NCBI GenBank assembly: GCA_031368925.1
Contig: JANMOF010000135.1
Coordinates: 1 to 40,447, forward strand
Direction: 5' to 3'
DNA from: Leptospiraceae bacterium
GTDB taxonomy: Bacteria > Spirochaetota > Leptospiria > Leptospirales > Leptospiraceae
Length of the DNA stretch: 40,447 nucleotides
The notes below the pieces were generated by a model that worked only from the letters and a program-made list of their open reading frames with translations, ran no database searches and had not been told where the DNA came from. How positions within the stretch are numbered: the stretch's first letter is position 1; each line of letters begins with the position of its first letter. Of the stretch, positions 18,721-26,868 are shown piece after piece. The position numbers were made by a program, and so were the translations under genes.

Positions 18721-20418
18721 TCAAAATCGAAAATTAAACTTGGCATAGGATTCAACACTAGGCGTCACTATTCCATTGGTTGTATTATTTAGCATTGGCG
18801 GAATAAAGGCAAATTCAAACGCATCATTATCAACACCTAAATAATAAAATACTCCCGCAAGAACTAGCATTGATACTGCGCCTATCGCACTAGCATCTCT
18901 AAAATTTCGAAAGCCTACTCCAGCATGTTGATTATTCTTAACGACATTCGTCTGGTAAAAATACAGCAATGCAAAGTTATTAGTAACCTGTTGCTGTTGT
19001 TCCTGCGCTGTCCCCGAAAATTTTACATGGGTTTTATCAGCCGCTTGCTCGGTAGCCGATAATTGTGTAAACTTATTATAATCATCTAATACTGTATAAT
19101 AAGTAAGACCCATCACATCATCTCGTATCAGATCTCTGTGCGCATTAATTCTATAATTCCAATACTGAAAGCTAGCATAAAACAAAGCAACCGAATAAAT
19201 AGAGTATTGAGAAAAATCAAAATAGGTATAATCTAAAAAAATCTTTAAGCGGTTTTTGTAATAATCCTCAGTCTTACCCTGTTTTAATTTTGCATTCACA
19301 GTAAAAGGTTTTCCTTGTTCTATTTCTACTCCTGCATAATAATCTACATGATCTTCTTTTTCAATTCGAATTCGATTCTGACCAAGCGGCACAACAACGT
19401 TAGCCAGTGGACTTTCTCCCAGATAAGTTATTCCCAAGTAGACGCTTGCTCCCTCAGGATTTGTTTTAACCGATATTAATCCTTTCTTTTCCAATTTTTT
19501 TAATACAAATGAATACTTAGAAATAGATTCTTTTTTTAGATTAACAACCCTATTTAATGTTTCAAATCCTTCCTTTGTTATATTAACAGAATGCTTTCCT
19601 GCGGATACATCTGATTTGTCGAGAGGTGTCTTTCCTGCATAATGACCATCTATAAAAACGAGTGCATCTACTTCGTCGCCTGTATCAATTTGAATTGTTG
19701 CCATTTCTTTACTGAATAACAATTTCTTTACTTTAAAGCCAATCGAGTTCATTTCCTGGTAGGCGCGGCGAAGGGAGGTATTCTCGGAAATTTTTTCCAC
19801 TTTCCCATTCTTGCGATTTGTAAATTCTAAATTAATGGTAAGTGTATCATCTTCTGTTGTAATGTATTCACCTGTAATCACGTAAAAGCATTTATTTTTT
19901 CTTCCAATCTCAAGGTTTGATTCCAAAAGCGGAGGAGTCTCCATAGAAATCAAAGCTACATCCAACTTGATATAACGCGGATCTTTCTCGGGTAACGCAT
20001 CCTTAGCCCCTGAATTTAATTCATCTAATGATTTTCGATTAACTATCGGTTTACCTCTCTTAGCCGGTGCTTCTTTTGATTGAGCTCCGAAAGAATGGTA
20101 TACAACATTTTCTAATACATCTGAATCGAATACATATTTGAATCCATTTAGATTTGAAATGACTACGGATGGAATTCCATTCGACAGATACTGAAACTTT
20201 TCATTTTCTACTTTATTGCGAAATGGAAATAAGCAAAGCTTTCTAGATTTTTCGTATTCAACTTTTTCGGGTAGAGATTGATCTAAGAATTGAAAGTATT
20301 CATCAATTCCAAAAATGGAAAACGAAAACAGAAAAAAGAGGAGTAGACTTTTTAATATTCTTAATTTTAACAAAAATTCCATGATTTTATTCATTATCGT
20401 AAGATGAGTTCTTATCAT
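18721..20418 (-). CDS. PEGA-domain protein (two PEGA-like repeats), probably an envelope protein
   Basis: Literal PEGASVYLGITYLGESPL motif and a second copy VFIDGHYAGKTPL. Confidence 0.6.
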   Translation of the reverse strand: MIRTHLTIMNKIMEFLLKLRILKSLLLFFLFSFSIFGIDEYFQFLDQSLPEKVEYEKSRKLCLFPFRNKVENEKFQYLSNGIPSVVISNLNGFKYVFDSDVLENVVYHSFGAQSKEAPAKRGKPIVNRKSLDELNSGAKDALPEKDPRYIKLDVALISMETPPLLESNLEIGRKNKCFYVITGEYITTEDDTLTINLEFTNRKNGKVEKISENTSLRRAYQEMNSIGFKVKKLLFSKEMATIQIDTGDEVDALVFIDGHYAGKTPLDKSDVSAGKHSVNITKEGFETLNRVVNLKKESISKYSFVLKKLEKKGLISVKTNPEGASVYLGITYLGESPLANVVVPLGQNRIRIEKEDHVDYYAGVEIEQGKPFTVNAKLKQGKTEDYYKNRLKIFLDYTYFDFSQYSIYSVALFYASFQYWNYRINAHRDLIRDDVMGLTYYTVLDDYNKFTQLSATEQAADKTHVKFSGTAQEQQQQVTNNFALLYFYQTNVVKNNQHAGVGFRNFRDASAIGAVSMLVLAGVFYYLGVDNDAFEFAFIPPMLNNTTNGIVTPSVESYAKFNFRF

Positions 20419-20431
20419 TTTTTATCGGTGT

Positions 20432-21211
20432 TCATCCGTGTTCATCGGTGGTAATCCTAAACTTTTTTCCTAAAGACAAAACTAAAAATAAAATTCCAAG
20501 GATAGGAGTAAAGAGAGAAATTGGGGAAACTAAAAAATAATCCTTAGAAAAAGCAATCTGCTCTCCGAGTCCGGGTCCTAAAAATTCTGTTCCAAAATCA
20601 ATTCCCATATAACTAAAAATTGCAACTGTCATAATTACACTGGGAATTCCTGTTACAAATAAAATAAAAAGCATGGAGACCACTTCTGGAGCAATATGCA
20701 TCTTAAATAAATAATACTTATTTGCCCCCATGGTTTTTGCCGCGATGACAAAACCACTTTCTTTTACTTCTCTAACTTTACTTTGTATCGACTCATAGGC
20801 AAACGCCCAATCAGAAATAACAATTGCAATATAAAAAACAAATAGCTCTGAGCCCAGTGAATACAACACAATAATCGCTACTAAAAAAGAAGGAAGAGAA
20901 AGAAATACAGAGGCAACAGAATCAATTATAAAATTGGCATACTTACCTGTAGCATAAGATAAAAAAGAAATACAAACTGAGACAAACAATGTAATGGCTC
21001 TGGCAGGAATAGAAATTAAAAATGTAGTAAAGGTTCCGTATGCGTATAATGCGTATATATCTCTACCCAACCTGTCGCAACCTAGGGGATGATTCCATGT
21101 TTGAAATCCTATCACACTTGATTCGAGTAGGTTTACATTTACGGGAGCTTTAAAAAAAACTAATCCCAGGATAACCGAAAGAATAAAAAGTAATTTAAAA
21201 ATAAAAAACAA
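20432..21211 (-). CDS. ABC transporter permease, OppC/DppC-like
   Basis: N-terminal HPLGCDRLGRD motif (OppC HxLGTDxLGRD signature). 6 TM helices. Confidence 0.7.
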   Translation of the reverse strand: MFFIFKLLFILSVILGLVFFKAPVNVNLLESSVIGFQTWNHPLGCDRLGRDIYALYAYGTFTTFLISIPARAITLFVSVCISFLSYATGKYANFIIDSVASVFLSLPSFLVAIIVLYSLGSELFVFYIAIVISDWAFAYESIQSKVREVKESGFVIAAKTMGANKYYLFKMHIAPEVVSMLFILFVTGIPSVIMTVAIFSYMGIDFGTEFLGPGLGEQIAFSKDYFLVSPISLFTPILGILFLVLSLGKKFRITTDEHG

Positions 21212-21214
21212 CCT

Positions 21215-22102
21215 TTACTCCATCGACAATCTGAATTGCAAATTTTTTGCAAGTCGAGTCAGAATATAAAATACAATGCCTGAATAAAATAATAACGCGC
21301 GAAGAAGATTTTCATCTAAACTCTTTACAGCGTAATATAATGATTTGCCAATGCCGGGAAAGAAAAAAATCTCTTCCACAAGAATAGAGCCGGACAAAAG
21401 AGAACTAAAATCTATCAAAATAAAAATTAATAAGAGGGGAAGTATTTTTCTAAAAATATAATAAAACACAATACGAGCACGACCAAACCCACGGGTTTGT
21501 AGAAAGAAAAAATAATCTGAATCTATTTCCTTTTTTCCCTCATCGAGGCTAATATAAAATATCCGTGCAAACACGCGCGACCCAAGAGCAACTCCTGGTA
21601 ATATCAAATAGGTTGTATTACCAGCCTCATATCCTCCGGGTGGTAAAACTCCTAAGTATAAAAAGAAAAACAAAAAAAGTAAAATAGATACTACAAAAAT
21701 AGGAGTAGATAATATTAATCTAGAAAGAAAGAGGAAAAAATTCTCAAGAACCTGCATATCAAAGTAAATACAAGCAAGTGCAGTCGAAATAGAAGTTACT
21801 GAACCAAAAAAAATTGCGAAAAAAGATAATTGAATAGTAGGAAAAATTTTCTTCGCAATATGAGAACTAACGCTTTCTCCAGATTCAGTTTTCCCAAAGT
21901 CTAAAAAAAAAAGTGAGTGCATCGAATCCACAAAAGATTTAACATAAGAAGTTTTGTTGGCTAATTCTAATATGTCGCTCTTCTCTAAACTAGATTCTGC
22001 ATAAAGAAAGCTTTTATCCTGTGATCTAATCGTCGTAATGACAGAAATTAATACAGAAAGACAAAGAATAAAAACAGCAAAATGAGCAATTTCACGAATC
22101 AA
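21215..22102 (-). CDS. ABC transporter permease, OppB/DppB-like
   Basis: BPD-transport core with PGIGKSL (OppB/DppB PGxG signature). About 295 aa. Confidence 0.65.
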   Translation of the reverse strand: MIREIAHFAVFILCLSVLISVITTIRSQDKSFLYAESSLEKSDILELANKTSYVKSFVDSMHSLFFLDFGKTESGESVSSHIAKKIFPTIQLSFFAIFFGSVTSISTALACIYFDMQVLENFFLFLSRLILSTPIFVVSILLFLFFFLYLGVLPPGGYEAGNTTYLILPGVALGSRVFARIFYISLDEGKKEIDSDYFFFLQTRGFGRARIVFYYIFRKILPLLLIFILIDFSSLLSGSILVEEIFFFPGIGKSLYYAVKSLDENLLRALLFYSGIVFYILTRLAKNLQFRLSME

Positions 22103-22114
22103 CGAAAACTAATC

Positions 22115-22570
22115 CTAATTCGAAAAGGCAGCTAAGATATCATCGTAATTATTGGAATAAATCATCTTATTGCGCTCTTCTTTTAAATTGAGTGTCTTAG
22201 CAATTAGCGCTAATGTTTTTATATGCTCTTGAAATTTATTTTTAGGAACGATGAGTAGAATAAAAATGTGAACAGGCATTTTATCAATCGCATCAAATGC
22301 GATTCCCTCTTTCGAAAGACCGATAACAACTTTTAAATCTTCTACGAGGCTAACAGAGCAATGAGGAATAGCAACTCCACTTCCAATTCCTGTAGACATA
22401 GATCTTTCTCTATTGAGGAGAGATTCTATTATTTCTGCACTTGCAGTCTCTGAAATACTACCAATATGAACCCCGTGCTCTACAAGAATAGAAATCACGC
22501 TTTCTTTATCAGTAGCCTTCAAATCATAAATAATATTATTCGGTGTGATAAGCTCTAAGAGATGATTCAT
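22115..22570 (-). CDS. ptsN: PTS EIIA type-2 domain protein (PtsN/EIIA-Ntr-like)
   Basis: VAIPHCSV active-site His region and overall 151-aa EIIA-2 layout. Confidence 0.7.
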   Translation of the reverse strand: MNHLLELITPNNIIYDLKATDKESVISILVEHGVHIGSISETASAEIIESLLNRERSMSTGIGSGVAIPHCSVSLVEDLKVVIGLSKEGIAFDAIDKMPVHIFILLIVPKNKFQEHIKTLALIAKTLNLKEERNKMIYSNNYDDILAAFSN

Positions 22571-23514
22571 TTTCTTACAATGTATCTATAGAGTAAGTTT
22601 TTCGCTAAAATACTTTCTGTCACTAAATAAAAAATAATCCCATACAAAATAAAGAAAATTATGATAAAAATAATTGGTGGGAAAACTAGATTTGCTTGGA
22701 TTAAAAACCAACTTGCGATAAGCGTGCCTAAAGAAACAAAAAGAGATAGGAAAGAAGAAAGATGATGGCTCCTGCCGGGCGCGGAAAACAAAATATACCA
22801 AAGGCTTGTAAAATTTATGATTTTATTTTTGCAGAGTACCAAGTCATATCTATAGTAGTAGCTAAAGATAAATGCCATTACTGAAATTAGAATTATATCT
22901 AGAATAAAATTTTCCTGCCGCAAAAATAAAAATCCAACTAGCATAAGAAGATACAAATCTAAACTTTCCAATATCGAAAAAAAAGTAGGAGCGAACGAAT
23001 CTCCGACGGAAATAAAAGGATTCAGATACATGCCTGTGACAGAAGGAAAAAATGAAAAAGGCATTTCTGGGTTAACAGCAAATACGCTTAGCTTTATTAT
23101 ATGCATTCTTTCTAATATAAGTCCCAGAGCGACCGAAAGCAAGGAAAGAAAAAGCCCCATAGGAAATCTAAATTTATAAAACACATTTCCGCGAAGAGAG
23201 AAAATAAAATAAACGATAAGGCTAAAAGAAATTGTAAACCAATTCAAAAATCCAATCGGAGTAATTAAAAGATAAAGTGTAAGCTGATAAAAAAAACTTA
23301 AGTAGTAAATGTAACCAACTTTTAATTTGTAGTAGAGGTAAAATAAAGCAGCCGCTAGGTAGGCAAAAGAAAAATAAAACAAAAAAGATAAATCTTGAAA
23401 AACTGTAAATACTGCAATTGTAAATAGACTTATAAAAGCCAATACATCTACAAAAAAATCATTGGAAAAAACTTTAAACCCGCGGTTGGTTAATAAGATA
23501 CTATGCGACGACAA
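22567..23514 (-). CDS. Polytopic membrane protein (about 9 TM helices), function unknown
   Basis: Hydrophobicity only. Confidence 0.4.
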   Translation of the reverse strand: MSSHSILLTNRGFKVFSNDFFVDVLAFISLFTIAVFTVFQDLSFLFYFSFAYLAAALFYLYYKLKVGYIYYLSFFYQLTLYLLITPIGFLNWFTISFSLIVYFIFSLRGNVFYKFRFPMGLFLSLLSVALGLILERMHIIKLSVFAVNPEMPFSFFPSVTGMYLNPFISVGDSFAPTFFSILESLDLYLLMLVGFLFLRQENFILDIILISVMAFIFSYYYRYDLVLCKNKIINFTSLWYILFSAPGRSHHLSSFLSLFVSLGTLIASWFLIQANLVFPPIIFIIIFFILYGIIFYLVTESILAKNLLYRYIVRK

Positions 23515-24676
23515 AGTTTACCCCTTGTTTAATTTCATTTATGCGAGTAGACAAATCAATATGAGAAGGACAAAGTAAAGAACAAATTCCACACTCAAGA
23601 CAAACGCTTGAGTTAAATGCTGATTTGTCTTTTTCCAGGATCGCTCTTGGATTTGCACTCACAGGACAGTAATAGGAACAATCATTACAATCCGTGCAGT
23701 GTTTTTCTGTTTTCTCAAAATGAATTCTATCACAAATGATGACAGAATGATGCCTGTAGATGTCAAAAATAAATTCTGTTCCAATTTCATAAACTGGTTG
23801 CTTATCATAAAAAGAATTTACGGTGAAGTATTTATACTTTGATTGAAAGCTATTTAAAAAGTCCGCAAGATTCAAACCATTCTTTAATAAAAATGCTTTC
23901 GTTTCTCCCTCAAGGGTTCCACTCTGATTGATAATATTTACGGATACATATCGTTCATGAAACGGTATATTGAAATATAGCGCTCGAATTAAATGATAAA
24001 TTGTTTCAGGTCCTAAGTATAAAAATCTTTCTTTCGGAAAATCTTTTACTATATCTACGCCTACATGCTTATGCAAAAAATACCTTGGACTTCCTTCTGG
24101 ATAACGGTAATTAATCTTTTTTTCAGTAAGGAAGTCTATCGTATTTACGTTCGGGAAAATGTTACTTATATTTTTTTTTAGTCGCCCGAGTTCTTTTTTA
24201 TAGACTTCGAAGATTTTGGATTTATAATCAATAAGGTTCTCTTTTGTAAAAGGAGCGTACACAATAAAGGAATCCCTATCAGGAATGAGAGAAGAAAAAA
24301 GAGATGCAAGGGATTGCCCAGGAAAATCTAAAGAAACTACACTGGAAGAAATAATTTTTTCTTTTAATAAATCAAGCGCATACTCCCCATTAAACTCTTT
24401 AGGTCGATAATTAAGTTCACCATCAATTGTAAACTTTATGGTAGACGTACTTGGATAATAATTGGCAATTCCATTTACAGGGGATAATACCTTAATTGCA
24501 TCATCCTGAAAAACTGTATCGCCGATATTCAGTCGCCGGGGATACTCACCGACAAGAGATAATTTTTTTCCATGGAATTCGTTGTGAAGAGTAAGCTCAC
24601 TGAGTGAGGGGACAGGCACCCTTAGGTCAGTAGAGCTTTTAATTTTAAAGAATTGAGAAGTTTTGTAAGTTGCCAC
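23501..24676 (-). CDS. Protein with C-terminal 4Fe-4S dicluster ferredoxin domain. The N-terminal ~300 aa are uncharacterised
   Basis: CTDCNDCSYYCP and CLECGICSLLCP, two CxxCxxCxxxCP motifs. Confidence 0.6.
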   Translation of the reverse strand: MATYKTSQFFKIKSSTDLRVPVPSLSELTLHNEFHGKKLSLVGEYPRRLNIGDTVFQDDAIKVLSPVNGIANYYPSTSTIKFTIDGELNYRPKEFNGEYALDLLKEKIISSSVVSLDFPGQSLASLFSSLIPDRDSFIVYAPFTKENLIDYKSKIFEVYKKELGRLKKNISNIFPNVNTIDFLTEKKINYRYPEGSPRYFLHKHVGVDIVKDFPKERFLYLGPETIYHLIRALYFNIPFHERYVSVNIINQSGTLEGETKAFLLKNGLNLADFLNSFQSKYKYFTVNSFYDKQPVYEIGTEFIFDIYRHHSVIICDRIHFEKTEKHCTDCNDCSYYCPVSANPRAILEKDKSAFNSSVCLECGICSLLCPSHIDLSTRINEIKQGVNFVVA

Positions 24677-24700
24677 GAAGAACTTCCCCGAAGAGTTTAC

Positions 24701-24982
24701 TTAAGAAGCTGATTTTACCATATAAATTTCATCTTTAATAGGAAGTTCTTTTTTGAGGTTTTTGATGTATGGGAGAATCTCACCCATCTCTTCGTAGAAT
24801 TCACAATCTGCTTGCATACGTCTTGCAACAGTAAAATACTTATAGAGTTTCTCTTCCCCAGAACGCTTTGACCATTTTTTCTTTGTGCATTTCACACGAA
24901 GAATGTATTTATCCTGCTCTGCTTCAAAATTTCTTACGACAACACAATTAATGCAATTCGCACAATAGACTTTCTCACTCAT
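24701..24982 (-). CDS. Small 93-aa Cys-containing protein (C-x2-C-x2-C N-terminal cluster), possibly a zinc ribbon
   Basis: YCANCINC...KC...C pattern. Confidence 0.35.
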   Translation of the reverse strand: MSEKVYCANCINCVVVRNFEAEQDKYILRVKCTKKKWSKRSGEEKLYKYFTVARRMQADCEFYEEMGEILPYIKNLKKELPIKDEIYMVKSAS

Positions 24983-25130
24983 ATTTAACTCGTCCCTTTC
25001 TTAAGTTTAAAATAATTAGAAATTAATTCAGGATTTGGCAAAGGAAATTTCCCAGAAACAAAACTCTCTGTGCCTCAGTGGCAATCTTTCACACAACCCT
25101 GAATCAGTAAATTTAATGTTTAGTACACTG

Positions 25131-26684
25131 TCAAGCAATTTCAATACTGACTGCAGTCTTCTCTTCCATAGCAGGCTTCGCACTCCAAAGAGCTTCTTTG
25201 ATAGAATTAATCGATACAAAGAAAAAGCCTAGAGAATAAATAAACATGAATCCTATGATAAATGGTTTTTCAACCATAATTGAAATATATACACAGAATA
25301 GACAATATACACCCATTAAGAATTCAAGAATAGTTAAGAAGTCAAATGGAACGAAGTATTTCAATCTCTCTTTCATATTGTCAGAGTTATTCTCAAGTCT
25401 CATCTTAGGCGTTCTCTTAAAGCTAGATTGAATTCCTAAAAGCGCTTCTAACCATGCGCGGGTATTTACAATCGCTACCCCAGTTCCAATCATAATCATA
25501 ACAGGCAAAAAGAAGATTCTAGACTTCCAATCAGGATAAATTTCTCTTTGGGAATACATATAGAATATAATCGGACCAATAGAGCCAATCGAAAGAAACG
25601 CAGCCGTTCCATAAAGAATCACAACTGGTAAATCGAATAGATTAAATCCAGACCAAAATTCCATTAAAAGTAGTGGAGCTGTGAATAGAATATTGATTAC
25701 CATTAACGGGTGAACGGAATAATTGATTAAATGAATAATCGCCTCAGATTTAATTCTCCAAGGTAATTCAGCATTCCAAATTCTAGGTAAAAGTTTTACA
25801 GCAGTCTGAATGCTTCCCTTACACCATCTGAATTGTTGGGATTTATAAGCAGAAATCATCGCAGGAATCTCAGCTTTACAAACGATGTCTTTAAAGTAAC
25901 GGAATTTCCAACCTTTTAATTCAGCACGGTAAGAAAGGTCAAAGTCCTCAGTCAAGGTATCATGCTCCCAACCACCGGCGTCGATTACACAAGCTTTTCT
26001 CCAAATCCCAGCAGTTCCGTTGAAGTTCATCCAGAGGTTGCTAGCATTACGAGCGACTTGTTCAATCATAAAGTGACCGTCGATTCCATAACTCTGTGCT
26101 TTGGTAAGCAAGTTATAATCTTGGTTGATATGTCCCCAACGAGCTTGCACCATACCGATACCAGCGTCTTTAAAATAAGGAACTGTTTTTAATAAGAAAG
26201 AAGGCTCAGGAACGAAATCGGCATCAAATATTGCAACAAACTCACCCTTAGCTTTTGCGAAACCAGCTTCTAAAGCTCCAGCTTTGTGACCAGCACGATT
26301 GGTTCTATGCAAATGGGAAATATTAATCCCTTGCGCCTTGTATTGGTTTACGATTCGGCGAGCTTTTTCGACTGTTTCGTCGGTGGAGTCGTCCAATACC
26401 TGAATCTCGATACGATCAGCAGGGTATTCTAGACGAACTGCAGCATCAATCAAACGATCTACGACGTAAAACTCATTATAAATCGGCAATTGGACAGTAA
26501 CAAACGGGAGATTAGGATCTGTAACCTTAAATGCTAGGCTAGGATCAGACTCGCAGTAAGCCTTGTTCTTACGGTAAAGATTTACCATTAACAAGGTGTG
26601 AAGGCTAAATAGAAATAGAACAAATATATCTATCGCGTATATGGAGATGAAAAGAACAGTTATAATTATTAGCATACTTGTCAA
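25131..26684 (-). CDS. Processive family-2 glycosyltransferase, cellulose-synthase-like (CslA/mannan-synthase-like) with N- and C-terminal TM helices
   Basis: DDSTD, FDADF, FNGTAGIWRK, TEDFDLSYRA and QQFRWCKGS, i.e. the D, D, D, QxxRW motif set that matches CslA-type synthases. Confidence 0.75.
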   Translation of the reverse strand: MTSMLIIITVLFISIYAIDIFVLFLFSLHTLLMVNLYRKNKAYCESDPSLAFKVTDPNLPFVTVQLPIYNEFYVVDRLIDAAVRLEYPADRIEIQVLDDSTDETVEKARRIVNQYKAQGINISHLHRTNRAGHKAGALEAGFAKAKGEFVAIFDADFVPEPSFLLKTVPYFKDAGIGMVQARWGHINQDYNLLTKAQSYGIDGHFMIEQVARNASNLWMNFNGTAGIWRKACVIDAGGWEHDTLTEDFDLSYRAELKGWKFRYFKDIVCKAEIPAMISAYKSQQFRWCKGSIQTAVKLLPRIWNAELPWRIKSEAIIHLINYSVHPLMVINILFTAPLLLMEFWSGFNLFDLPVVILYGTAAFLSIGSIGPIIFYMYSQREIYPDWKSRIFFLPVMIMIGTGVAIVNTRAWLEALLGIQSSFKRTPKMRLENNSDNMKERLKYFVPFDFLTILEFLMGVYCLFCVYISIMVEKPFIIGFMFIYSLGFFFVSINSIKEALWSAKPAMEEKTAVSIEIA

Positions 26685-26764
26685 AATATAGACAAGAGGC
26701 AGGTGGTCAAGCCGAAAAACCTTACAGAGTAATTCATACTCTGATGACTACTACCCGTTTACGC

Positions 26765-26822
26765 ATGATAATTATCATACCTTTTAAGGTAATTACGTCT
26801 TCTCTTGTAATTACCTTAAAAG
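26765..26822. promoter_or_regulatory. Divergent promoter region containing a perfect 14-bp palindrome (atgataattatcat, 26765-26778) and a perfect 16-bp inverted repeat (cttttaaggtaattac at 26781-26796, gtaattaccttaaaag at 26807-26822, 10-bp spacer). Candidate operator or operators
   Basis: Read directly. Lies 47-105 bp upstream of the mcp ATG and 80-140 bp upstream of the divergent GT2 gene. Confidence 0.55.
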
Positions 26823-26868
26823 TCTATTATAAAAGAATGGATTTTTTACTAATAAGAGGTGGAAATAT

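Noticed and set aside
20400-20460. Short direct repeat gtgttcatc x2 between the PEGA gene and the permease
   Set aside because: Only 9 bp twice. Consistent with chance in a short spacer
23501-24676. Possibility that the 4Fe-4S protein is RnfC
   Set aside because: Lacks the NADH/FMN-binding glycine-rich motifs of RnfC. Only the C-terminal dicluster ferredoxin module matches
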